Positions 44,176 to 52,830 of a stretch of 64,000 bases of DNA are shown one piece after another. The stretch's first letter is position 1. Each line of letters begins with the position of its first letter. Made by a program: the position numbers and the translations under genes. Source of the stretch: an uncultured Gammaproteobacteria bacterium (GTDB taxonomy: Bacteria > Pseudomonadota > Gammaproteobacteria > SZUA-140); NCBI GenBank assembly GCA_964487925.1, contig CAZASZ010000003.1:738-64737 (forward strand), given 5' to 3'. The notes beneath the pieces are model-generated. The model ran no database searches, was not told the origin of the DNA, and saw only the letters and a program-made list of their open reading frames with translations.

Positions 44176-44240
44176 ATTCCTCCCCTCCCTCTCCATTTAT
44201 AGTGGATTAAGATAGCCTTAAGACGTTCGAACGTCCAGTC

Positions 44241-45023
44241 CTACCGCCTCCACTTACCCTCCCACAAGCGCTCCACCCGACTCACGATCCTGCCATCGGG
44301 ATGCAGCCAAAGATGCCTGAAACCCGGCGAGCGTTCGTCGATCCGCAACGCCCTAGACCCCGGCTGAAATTGGACCGAAGTCGCTGGCGTCCCCCAGCAG
44401 GGCAAGCCATGGGCCTGTTCGTGAAAATCCTGGTGGATATGCCCCCAAATAAGCCCTCGAACGGAGGCGAAGCGCCGAATAACATCGTGCAACGCATCGG
44501 GATTGTCGAGCGTCATTTCGCTATCCAGCCAAGCGCAACCGTTGGGTAGGACCGGGTGATGTAGGGCGATCAGACGATGGCGTTCAAGATCGATATGCAG
44601 ACGCGCCGACAGCCCGGATAGGGATACATCGGAGAGATGTCCCGAACAACGACCAGGGACGGTTGAATCCAACAAGATGATTTGCCAATCCCTTAGTTCG
44701 ATCGCCTCCGGCATCCCAATATTCCCGCCAGGCAGCACCCGGAGCATGACCCCGGGGTCATCGTGGTTGCCCGGCAGACAGGCCACCGGCAGATCGAGCG
44801 TGCGCAGATGATCGGCAAGCCGCTCGTATGACTCGACGCTGCCGTCGTCACTGAGGTCGCCGGTGGCAAGGCAATAATCGGGACGATAGGTCTTTATGAT
44901 TTCGGTTACGAGCGCTAAGGTCGCATCTGGATCGACGCCCCGAATTACGGGACCGATAGTCTCGGCCAGATGGCAATCAGTAATCTGGATAAGATGCCAT
45001 ACTCTCGATTCCGACACGGTCAT
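44241..45023 (-). CDS. cpdA: 3',5'-cyclic-nucleotide phosphodiesterase (class III, metallophosphoesterase)
   Basis: QITDCHL ... ATGDLSDDG ... LPGNHDD ... GHIH metallophosphoesterase motifs in CpdA-like order; 260 aa. Confidence 0.8.
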   Translation of the reverse strand: MTVSESRVWHLIQITDCHLAETIGPVIRGVDPDATLALVTEIIKTYRPDYCLATGDLSDDGSVESYERLADHLRTLDLPVACLPGNHDDPGVMLRVLPGGNIGMPEAIELRDWQIILLDSTVPGRCSGHLSDVSLSGLSARLHIDLERHRLIALHHPVLPNGCAWLDSEMTLDNPDALHDVIRRFASVRGLIWGHIHQDFHEQAHGLPCWGTPATSVQFQPGSRALRIDERSPGFRHLWLHPDGRIVSRVERLWEGKWRR

Positions 45024-45733
45024 ACGACAGCGTTGGATGGCCGCCTGGATTTAGTCGGAGGGGTTGCCACTTTATCGCGTAGATAAACTGGAAGGGCCAA
45101 CTCCGGGGCGACACATTCGCCTCGCGCATGCATCTGCGCGCCCAGCGTAGCGATATCTCGCGCCTGGGGCAGACATTCACCGACCCATGCAACGAGCGGA
45201 CGATCCAGGTGCCGGTGCAGACGAGACCCATAAGTGAACCAGCCAGTACCGCAGCCGAACCAATGTCCTTCCGGGGGCGACAGCACGTCCTCGGGTGCGC
45301 AAACACGCTCATCTTGGAGTGAGACTAGCGCACCCGACTCGACGACGCGGTAGCAACCCCAATAGACCTCCATCATGCGGGCGTCGATCGCCGGCAGAAT
45401 CTCTCTCTCGCCGCGTTCCCGCCAAGCACCCCAGGCCAACGCCGCCAGGGTCGACACTGGGGCAACCGGCAGATCGGCCGTAAAGGCCAGACCCTGCGTA
45501 ACGGCGCTTGCGATCCGCACACCCGTAAAGGCCCCCGGACCGCGACCGAAGGCGATCAGATCAAGCTGGGGCAGCGTCAACCCCGCCTCTTCGAGCAACG
45601 ACTCGACCATAGGCAGGATCAGTTCGGTATGCCGTCGCGGCGCGATCTCGAAACGTTCACGGATCTCGCCATCGATATCAAGAGCGGCGGAACATGCCTC
45701 AGTCGCAGTATCTATGGCAAGAATCCTGCTCAT
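45020..45733 (-). CDS. tsaB: tRNA threonylcarbamoyladenosine biosynthesis protein TsaB (YeaZ)
   Basis: ILAIDTATEACSAAL N-terminus; ...GPGAFTGVRIA motif; 237 aa; 4-nt overlaps on both sides. Confidence 0.88.
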   Translation of the reverse strand: MSRILAIDTATEACSAALDIDGEIRERFEIAPRRHTELILPMVESLLEEAGLTLPQLDLIAFGRGPGAFTGVRIASAVTQGLAFTADLPVAPVSTLAALAWGAWRERGEREILPAIDARMMEVYWGCYRVVESGALVSLQDERVCAPEDVLSPPEGHWFGCGTGWFTYGSRLHRHLDRPLVAWVGECLPQARDIATLGAQMHARGECVAPELALPVYLRDKVATPPTKSRRPSNAVV

Positions 45734-47685
45734 GACGGTGCTCCTATCGAAAGTGTTGTTCGTGTGCCCTCAGTCACCCTAAAAAAGTTTTTCACATCAT
45801 CGATTGAGCTGGTCCGGGTCATGGGTGGCAGGTTATTCAGAAAGACCCGCCCGTAGCTGCGGGACTTCAGTCTGGGATCGCACAACACGAGCACGCCGAA
45901 GTCGTCCTGATCACGGATCAACCGTCCCGCGCCCTGTTTGAGCGCCAGCACGGCCTGAGGCAATTGCAGCAGCCGAAAGGCGTTTTCGCCTTGATTGGCC
46001 AACTGAGTCTGACGGGCCTGAAAGACCGGGTCGTCGGGGCTGAAGAACGGCAATTTGTCGATGATCACGCAAGACAGGTGCTCACCGCGCACGTCCACAC
46101 CCTCCCAGAAACTCGAGGTCCCGAGCAGCACGGCGTTACCCAAACTGCGGAAGCGTTCGAGCAGCAAACCGCGCGGCCCCTCGCCCTGAACGAGCAACGG
46201 ATAGGCTAGCGACATCGAGCGCAGACGTTCGGCAGCAAAACGCAAAGCCTGATGGCTCGTAAAGAGTAAAAAAGTCCGGCCACGGCTCGCCGTCACAATC
46301 TCGGCTGCGAGATCAACGACCGCATCGGTGTAGGACCGGCTACCGGGATCGGGCAGCCCCTGGGGCATATACATCAGGGCCTGATTGGCATAATCAAAGG
46401 GGCTCGCCCACTGCCCGGTCTGCGGTTCTTCAATACCCAGGCGGGCCGTAAAATGGCTGAAATCGGTCCCTATGGACAGGGTAGCCGACGTGAAAACCCA
46501 GGCGCAGTCGTAGCGCTCCATTTGCGCACGAAAACCCTCCGCACAACTCATCGCGGTCTGATGCAGGCGAAATGCATGACGACTGGTCTCGTACCAACTG
46601 ACCAGGTTCTCGTCATCGCCGCCGATAACCTGAGCGAGATCGTCGCGCGCCACGGCACAGCGCTGACGGCAAGTTTCAAGCCCCTTGCTACGCTCGCTAT
46701 GGAGCTCAAGCGCGCCATAAAATTCCTGAATACGCGCGCCGAGCTCGGCCATAGCAGCCTGCATGCCCGGTAACGCAACCGCGGCACGCCAGGCACCGCG
46801 CGTATCGCCTTTGCCAAAGAGCGCGCGCACGGCATCCACCGCAGCGATCAAATGAGTTGCACTGTCGCCGATCTCGCGGGCATCGCCAACCTCCGCGGCC
46901 TGACACTGGGCGGCGTCGCGCGCCAGCGACTGCAATTGGTGGGCGCTGACCGTACGCCCGAAGAACTGACTCGCGAGCTCCGGCAACTGATGTGCCTCGT
47001 CGACGATGACGGCCTCGCAGTTCGGCAATAGCTCGCCGAAACCCTCCTCGCGCAAGCGCATATCGGAAAGCAGCAGGTGATGATTGATCACGACGATATC
47101 GGCAGCCTGGGCCGCCCGACGGGCCTTGACGACATGGCATCCCTGGTACTCGGGACACTCGGCGCCCAGACAATTCTCGGCCGTCGAAGTAACCTGATAC
47201 CAGATAGGGGCATCGGCCGGGACGTCGTCGACCTCCTCGACATCCCCACTGTGGGTGCGGCCACTCCAGCTCGAGATTCGGTGTAACTGGGCCTGTTGAC
47301 CGCGGGGCAACTGTCCCGATTGCTCTGCGATCTCAAGGCGGTATCGGCACAGATAGTTGCTACGCCCCTTGAGCATTGCCATGACGGGCCGAACACCGAG
47401 GGCGGCGCAGACCGTGGGCAGGTCGCGCCGGAAAAGCTGCTCCTGAAGGGTCCGGGTGCCGGTTGAGACCAGCGTACGCCCACCGCCAAGACAGACCGGC
47501 ACGAGATAGGCAAAGGTCTTGCCGGTACCGGTACCGGCCTCGGTCACGAGCGCGTCCTTGGCAGCCAACGCGGCCTCGACGGACTCAGCCATGGCCTGTT
47601 GCTCGGGACGTGCCCGAAATCCGGGGATATGCGACTGAAGTGGCCCCGTATCTCCGAGTGCATCGGAGGCACTTAACATGCTCAA
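45730..47685 (-). CDS. yoaA: DinG-family ATP-dependent DNA helicase (YoaA-like)
   Basis: Walker A EAGTGTGKTFAYL, DEAH box VIVDEAHQL, Fe-S cysteines (CLGAECPEYQGC) and C-terminal helicase motifs; 651 aa. Adjacent to tsaB as yoaA-yeaZ are in E. coli. Confidence 0.85.
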   Translation of the reverse strand: MSMLSASDALGDTGPLQSHIPGFRARPEQQAMAESVEAALAAKDALVTEAGTGTGKTFAYLVPVCLGGGRTLVSTGTRTLQEQLFRRDLPTVCAALGVRPVMAMLKGRSNYLCRYRLEIAEQSGQLPRGQQAQLHRISSWSGRTHSGDVEEVDDVPADAPIWYQVTSTAENCLGAECPEYQGCHVVKARRAAQAADIVVINHHLLLSDMRLREEGFGELLPNCEAVIVDEAHQLPELASQFFGRTVSAHQLQSLARDAAQCQAAEVGDAREIGDSATHLIAAVDAVRALFGKGDTRGAWRAAVALPGMQAAMAELGARIQEFYGALELHSERSKGLETCRQRCAVARDDLAQVIGGDDENLVSWYETSRHAFRLHQTAMSCAEGFRAQMERYDCAWVFTSATLSIGTDFSHFTARLGIEEPQTGQWASPFDYANQALMYMPQGLPDPGSRSYTDAVVDLAAEIVTASRGRTFLLFTSHQALRFAAERLRSMSLAYPLLVQGEGPRGLLLERFRSLGNAVLLGTSSFWEGVDVRGEHLSCVIIDKLPFFSPDDPVFQARQTQLANQGENAFRLLQLPQAVLALKQGAGRLIRDQDDFGVLVLCDPRLKSRSYGRVFLNNLPPMTRTSSIDDVKNFFRVTEGTRTTLSIGAPS

Positions 47686-48179
47686 ACCGTGCTTGTCTGG
47701 TTGTCCCAGACCTCATCGGTGACCAAGCCCTCTTCACGATTCCAGGCCATGCGCCCGACGCGCCTAAAGCGCGCCACGGTCATAGCCCCGCGCCGATTCT
47801 TAGACGTCGAATCGAGGGCCTCGCGGACCTCGGCACGATCGGCCTCGTAGATCTCAAACGGCTCCAGATCGGCATCCATGAGCACAAGCACGACAAGATC
47901 CCAATCCTGATCCATCTTGAACTGTCCGATTCGATGCCCGGATTTGGATTCATCGAAGATCGTACGGCCCTTGATCAAGACCCGTTTACCCGCACGCGCC
48001 CCCCGGCCAATGGCATCACAACCGGGATCCGTACTGGCCTCAAGATCAAGCAAGCGAATGGCATCGTGGAGGCAGACCTCACCGCTAACCCCCGCCAAGG
48101 GCTTACCGGTCGCGCGATAATAATCCGCCGCCAGTTTGCGAGCCTCAGCGATCAGCTTGTCGACGGAATAGACACCCAT
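47682..48179 (-). CDS. hypothetical protein, translationally coupled upstream of yoaA
   Basis: 165 aa, soluble, not recognised. Its stop overlaps the helicase start by 4 nt. Central region ...DAIGRG...RVLIKGR...WDLVVLVLMDADLEPFEIYEA might be nuclease-like, but that is speculative. Confidence 0.45.
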   Translation of the reverse strand: MGVYSVDKLIAEARKLAADYYRATGKPLAGVSGEVCLHDAIRLLDLEASTDPGCDAIGRGARAGKRVLIKGRTIFDESKSGHRIGQFKMDQDWDLVVLVLMDADLEPFEIYEADRAEVREALDSTSKNRRGAMTVARFRRVGRMAWNREEGLVTDEVWDNQTSTV

Positions 48180-48308
48180 TAGAGGTCTCGTATGGCCTTA
48201 CGATATAGAGTAATTGAAGCATTCTAGCATCACCCGGGGAAATCCAAAGCATATGCACAATCCGAGCGATCACAAGGATCACTCGTTGGACATTTATATG
48301 GCGTCAAT

Positions 48309-48322
48309 GGCATGTGCCATAA
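48309..48322. promoter_or_regulatory. perfect 14-bp palindrome ATGGCATGTGCCAT in a divergent intergenic region
   Basis: Seen directly in the sequence between the 165-aa gene (minus strand) and the kinase gene (plus strand). Candidate dimeric-regulator operator; alternatively, if the long upstream start is real, it lies inside the kinase N-terminus. Confidence 0.35.
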
Positions 48323-48396
48323 TGCTCGGGACGGAACCTGAGTCCGCTTTCCAAACGAATTTGTCGCATTCAGAGCCAAGTACCGGGACACCCGAG

Positions 48397-49938
48397 ATGC
48401 CAAACGCCCTCATCGACGCGCTGCAGGACCCGACGCTCTACGATCATCCCGTGACCGCTTTCCAAGTCATCGAGACCCATAGCTCATGGGTCCTCCTAAC
48501 AGGCCTCATGGCCTATAAAATCAAGAAACCCATCGACCTGGGGTTCCTGGACTTCTCGTCCCTAGAGAAGCGCCATACCGACTGTCTGGAGGAAATCCGA
48601 CTCAACCGCCGTCTGGCCGAATCGCTCTACCTGGACGTCGTGCCCATTACCGGAATCCCCGAGAAGCCCCGCCTCGGCGGGACGGGTACCGCCATAGAAT
48701 ACGCCGTACGGATGCGGCAGTTCGATCCGGAGACTCAGCTCGATGTGCTAATTGAAAAAGGCGAACTGACGGCGGCAATCTGTCGACGCCTCGCGAAACG
48801 CATCGCTCGCTTCCACGCTGACTGTCCGACGGCACAGGAAGACAGCGACTTCGGCCAACCCGAGGCCATCCGCCAAGCTGTCTTCGACAACTTCATCCAC
48901 CTCGCTGAGATGGACATCCGCGTTGAAGAACGGGCGCATATTGACGACATACACACCTGGACGCGGACGCAACACGAGCGACTGGCGGCTTCGTTTGCCA
49001 ACCGACGCGCCGCCGGCCATATACGCGAATGCCACGGTGATCTGCACCTAGCCAACATCGCGCTGATCAACGGTGATCCCTTACCCTTCGATTGCCTGGA
49101 ATTCAACCCCAATCTACGCTGGATAGACACCATGAGCGAGATGGCTTTCCTGGTAATGGACCTCGACCGGCGCTGCCGAGCCGACTTGGCTCGCGTAACC
49201 CTGAATGCCTACCTAGAGGCGGGTGGGGACTATGAGGGCATTACCCTGTTTCGATACTACGCCGTCTATCGCGCCATGGTTCGGGTCAAGGTGGCCGCGA
49301 TCCGTCGCACTCAGGCCGGCGCTGACGAGCTCGAAGCCCTGAGCCGAGAGATCAGCGCCGGCCTCAAACTCGCGCAGCGGTATACAATGCCCACAGAAGG
49401 TCGCCTGATCCTTACCCACGGACTATCCGGATCCGGCAAAAGCTTGGTCTCGGCCAAGCTCCTGGCAGAGGCCGACATCATCAGGACCCGCTCAGACGTC
49501 GAGCGCCGGCGCTTGTTCCCCGAATCGGCCGGACGTTATTCCGCTGCGGCCAGCCAAGCCACATATGCGCACCTGACCCATGTCGCAAAGCACATCATCA
49601 AGGCTGGGTACAGCGCCCTGATCGATGCGACCTTCCTGAAACAGACTCAGCGCGCCGGTTTTATCGCCTTAGCCGAAGCATTGAATTGTCCCCTGGTTAT
49701 CCTTGACCTACAGGCGCCCGAAGAACTGTTGAGACAGTGGATACGTGAGCGCGCGCTCCGTGGCGGCGATCCCTCGGAGGCCGACGAGGCCGTGCTCACT
49801 CGTCAAATACAGACTTACGACCCCCTCAGCAACGGGGAACTTCGCTATGCGGTGAGCGTAGATACCAGTCAAACGATCGACGCCGGGGCACTCGCCGAGG
49901 CAATTCTCTCGCCAACCCACAAGAATGGCGCCGATTGA
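48397..49938 (+). CDS. bifunctional aminoglycoside-phosphotransferase-like / P-loop kinase protein
   Basis: N-terminal APH/protein-kinase-like fold with HGDLHLANI (the catalytic HGD...N motif). C-terminal P-loop NTPase GLSGSGKSL (AAA_33/zeta-toxin-like kinase). Start chosen at MPNALIDAL (513 aa); the ORF is open back to 48214. Confidence 0.65.
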   Translation: MPNALIDALQDPTLYDHPVTAFQVIETHSSWVLLTGLMAYKIKKPIDLGFLDFSSLEKRHTDCLEEIRLNRRLAESLYLDVVPITGIPEKPRLGGTGTAIEYAVRMRQFDPETQLDVLIEKGELTAAICRRLAKRIARFHADCPTAQEDSDFGQPEAIRQAVFDNFIHLAEMDIRVEERAHIDDIHTWTRTQHERLAASFANRRAAGHIRECHGDLHLANIALINGDPLPFDCLEFNPNLRWIDTMSEMAFLVMDLDRRCRADLARVTLNAYLEAGGDYEGITLFRYYAVYRAMVRVKVAAIRRTQAGADELEALSREISAGLKLAQRYTMPTEGRLILTHGLSGSGKSLVSAKLLAEADIIRTRSDVERRRLFPESAGRYSAAASQATYAHLTHVAKHIIKAGYSALIDATFLKQTQRAGFIALAEALNCPLVILDLQAPEELLRQWIRERALRGGDPSEADEAVLTRQIQTYDPLSNGELRYAVSVDTSQTIDAGALAEAILSPTHKNGAD

Positions 49939-50119
49939 TTCACGACAGCATGACTCCCGGTGATTGGTCAAAGCTGTCCCTAAGCATTCATCATGCACTC
50001 TGCTATACTCCGACCTCCCGTCGCCACCGATTTTGGGGATGGTCGGCGAACGAATTCGTTAACGGTCGGGAGATCGGCGCTCGCGACCCGCCTTTTTCAC
50101 ATAAAAATCAGGAGGCAAT

Positions 50120-51337
50120 ATGTCCAAACTCGTCAAACCACACGGTGGTGGTGAACTGCACCCCCTCTTGCTCACCGACCAGGATCTCGAGGCGGAGAAG
50201 GCGCATGCCGCCACGCTTCCCCAGGTTAGAATCGGGTCTCGGGAGACCGGCGACCTCATTATGATGGGTATCGGCGGTTTCACCCCGCTGACCGGCTTCA
50301 TGACCCATGCCGATTGGGAAGGCGTCTGCGACGGGTACCGTATGGTCAGCGGGCTGTTCTGGCCGATTCCGATTACGTTGTCCACCGACCAGGCCACCGC
50401 CGATACGCTCAACACGGGCGCGGAGATTGCCCTAGTCAGCGATGAGACCGGCGAGATCATGGCGACCATGCAGCTGACCGAAAAATACACCATAGACAAG
50501 GCTCATGAGTGTATCTCGGTCTTCAAGACTACCGACGAGGCCCATCCTGGCGTCAAGATGGTCATGGAACAAGGTGAGGTCAACTTGGCCGGTCCGGTCA
50601 AAGTCCTGTCCGAGGGCGATTTCGCTGAACGCTTCCCAGGCATCTACATGACGCCTACCCAAACCCGCGCCCTGTTTGAAGAGAAGAACTGGAATACGGT
50701 CGCGGCCTTTCAAACCCGCAACCCCATGCATCGCTCGCACGAGTATCTGGCTAAGATCGCTGTCGAGACCTGTGATGGTCTGCTGATCCATTCGCTGCTC
50801 GGTAAACTCAAGCCCGGTGACATCCCCGCCGAGGTCCGCAGCGACGCCATCAACGCACTGGTGGATAACTATTTCGTCGACAACACCGTCGTCCACGCCG
50901 GTTATCCGCTCGACATGCGCTACGCAGGTCCCCGCGAAGCCCTGCTGCATGCGCTATTCCGCCAAAACTACGGCTGCTCGCACCTCCTGGTAGGCCGTGA
51001 TCATGCCGGTGTCGGCGACTACTACGGCCCCTTCGATGCTCACCACATCTTCGACGATATCCCGGCCGATGCCCTCGAGACCCAGCCGATCAAGATCGAC
51101 TGGACCTTCTGGTGCTATCGCTGCAACGGCATGGCTTCTATGCGGACCTGCCCGCATGGCGGCGAGGATCGTCTGATGGTATCAGGCACCAAGCTGCGCA
51201 AGGCCCTCTCCGAAGGCGAGGAAGTCTCTCCCGAGTTCAGCCGTCCCGAGATCCTCGACATCCTGCGCGCCTACTACGCGGGCATTGATCCCGAGAACCG
51301 CGTCGAGGTCAAACTCAGCGGCCATTCGGCGCGCTGA
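50120..51337 (+). CDS. sat: sulfate adenylyltransferase, homo-oligomeric Sat type (ATP sulfurylase)
   Basis: 405 aa. [13 protein letters not shown] (the QTRN...H..H ATP sulfurylase motif) and [17 protein letters not shown] 7 nt upstream. Confidence 0.92.
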   Translation: MSKLVKPHGGGELHPLLLTDQDLEAEKAHAATLPQVRIGSRETGDLIMMGIGGFTPLTGFMTHADWEGVCDGYRMVSGLFWPIPITLSTDQATADTLNTGAEIALVSDETGEIMATMQLTEKYTIDKAHECISVFKTTDEAHPGVKMVMEQGEVNLAGPVKVLSEGDFAERFPGIYMTPTQTRALFEEKNWNTVAAFQTRNPMHRSHEYLAKIAVETCDGLLIHSLLGKLKPGDIPAEVRSDAINALVDNYFVDNTVVHAGYPLDMRYAGPREALLHALFRQNYGCSHLLVGRDHAGVGDYYGPFDAHHIFDDIPADALETQPIKIDWTFWCYRCNGMASMRTCPHGGEDRLMVSGTKLRKALSEGEEVSPEFSRPEILDILRAYYAGIDPENRVEVKLSGHSAR

Positions 51338-51356
51338 TCTGCCTTCTGCTATACAC

Positions 51357-51379
51357 GGGGCCGGATATCACCCGGCCCC
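51357..51379 (+). terminator. stem-loop downstream of sat (possible terminator)
   Basis: GGGGCCGG-ATATCAC-CCGGCCCC hairpin 20 nt after the sat stop. There is no clear U-tract, so it may be a Rho-dependent or weak site. Confidence 0.35.
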
Positions 51380-51462
51380 GTCCTTGCGGGGTGTGCACCC
51401 GTTCGGGACCCTGCTACAATCCTAGGCAATTCCAGTGTTTCTAGTCGATACTTAGGGGTGAC

Positions 51463-52830
51463 ATGCAAGCGTCCATCATCGATTCCGCCTACGAGCTCCT
51501 CGACGAAACCATCCTCTACCACAATGGCCAGCCCGTAGGTACGACGGCGGCGGTCCCCAGCAATCTCTCGGCCGTCAATTACGGCGACTGTTTTATTCGC
51601 GACTTCTTTCCCTCCGCACTTGTCTTTCTCATGAAGGGCGAACCCGAAATCGTCCGTAACTTCCTGACCACTGTGCTGTCCCTATGCGATCAGCAGGAAC
51701 ACATGCCCGGCCATGAATATGCGGAAGGCCTGATGCCGGCCAGTTTCGAGGTCGCAGCCACCGAGGATGGCGGCAGCAAGCTCGTGGCTGACTTCGGTGA
51801 TCGCGCCATCGGTCGCGTAGCGCCCGTGGACTCGGCAACTTGGTGGATGATCCTGCTCCGGGTCTACTCACTGGCAACCGGGGACATCGAGCTGGCGCAC
51901 AGTGAACGCTTCCAGGAAGGCATGCGCAAGGTCCTCGGGCTCTATCTGCATGAGAGCTTCGAGATATCCCCGGCCATGCTGGTACCGGACGCAGCTTTCA
52001 TGATCGATCGCCGGATGGGGGTTTACGGCCACCCACTCGAGATCCAGGCACTGTTCTACGGCATGCTGGCCACGGCCCAGGAACTGCTACTACCCGGACC
52101 GAAGAACGACGGCCTGCTGCGAATCATCAACAAACGCATGCCGGCGCTCTGCTCCTATGTCCGACTGTTCTATTGGCTCGACGAACAGCGCCTCAACGAG
52201 ATCCACCGCTACAAGTCCGAGGAGTTCGGCTGGGACGCGCAAAACCTGCTCAATATCTACCCCGAAACCATACCGGACTGGCTCGACGGCTGGCTGTGCC
52301 GTAACGATGGCTACATGGTCGGCAATATCGGTCCCGGTAAAATCGACTTCCGTTATTTTGCGGGCGGCAACCTGCTCGCAATCATCTTCGGGCTTACGAC
52401 CGACGCGCAGGGCGACATGATCATGCGCCTCTACGAATCACACTGGGACAGCCTAACCGGCCGGATGCCGTTCAAACTCGTCTACCCGGCGGTGAGCGGT
52501 CAGGAGTGGGCCCTGCTGACCGGATGCGACCCAAAGAATTCGCCCTGGTCCTATCACAACGGCGGTAACTGGCCCTGCCTACTCTGGATGTTTACCTGCG
52601 CGGCCATCCGCACGGGGCACGCCGATCTGGCGGCGCGGGCCGTCGAGGTTGCCGCGGCGCGTCTGCAGCGGGACCACTGGCCCGAATACTATGATGGCCA
52701 GATGGGCTCACTGATCGGTCGCCGTGCCAACCTGAACCAGACCTGGACCGCGACGGCGCTGATTATCGCCCATCAGCTACTCGACAATCCGGATAGCCTG
52801 GCCGTCTTCGAGGCCCTAATCAGCACATGA
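51463..52830 (+). CDS. alkaline/neutral invertase, glycoside hydrolase family 100
   Basis: Hallmark GH100 blocks: FIRDFFPSALVFL, DFGDRAIGRVAPVDSATWWMILLRVY, FMIDRRMGVYGHPLEIQALFYGML and YHNGGNWPCLLWMF. Size 455 aa, similar to cyanobacterial InvA/InvB. Confidence 0.85.
   Translation: MQASIIDSAYELLDETILYHNGQPVGTTAAVPSNLSAVNYGDCFIRDFFPSALVFLMKGEPEIVRNFLTTVLSLCDQQEHMPGHEYAEGLMPASFEVAATEDGGSKLVADFGDRAIGRVAPVDSATWWMILLRVYSLATGDIELAHSERFQEGMRKVLGLYLHESFEISPAMLVPDAAFMIDRRMGVYGHPLEIQALFYGMLATAQELLLPGPKNDGLLRIINKRMPALCSYVRLFYWLDEQRLNEIHRYKSEEFGWDAQNLLNIYPETIPDWLDGWLCRNDGYMVGNIGPGKIDFRYFAGGNLLAIIFGLTTDAQGDMIMRLYESHWDSLTGRMPFKLVYPAVSGQEWALLTGCDPKNSPWSYHNGGNWPCLLWMFTCAAIRTGHADLAARAVEVAAARLQRDHWPEYYDGQMGSLIGRRANLNQTWTATALIIAHQLLDNPDSLAVFEALIST

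Noticed and set aside
49939-50119. Putative sigma-70 promoter upstream of sat (TATACT at about 50002)
   Set aside because: The -10-like hexamer has no acceptably spaced -35 (TTGGTC is 33 bp away). Too weak to call.
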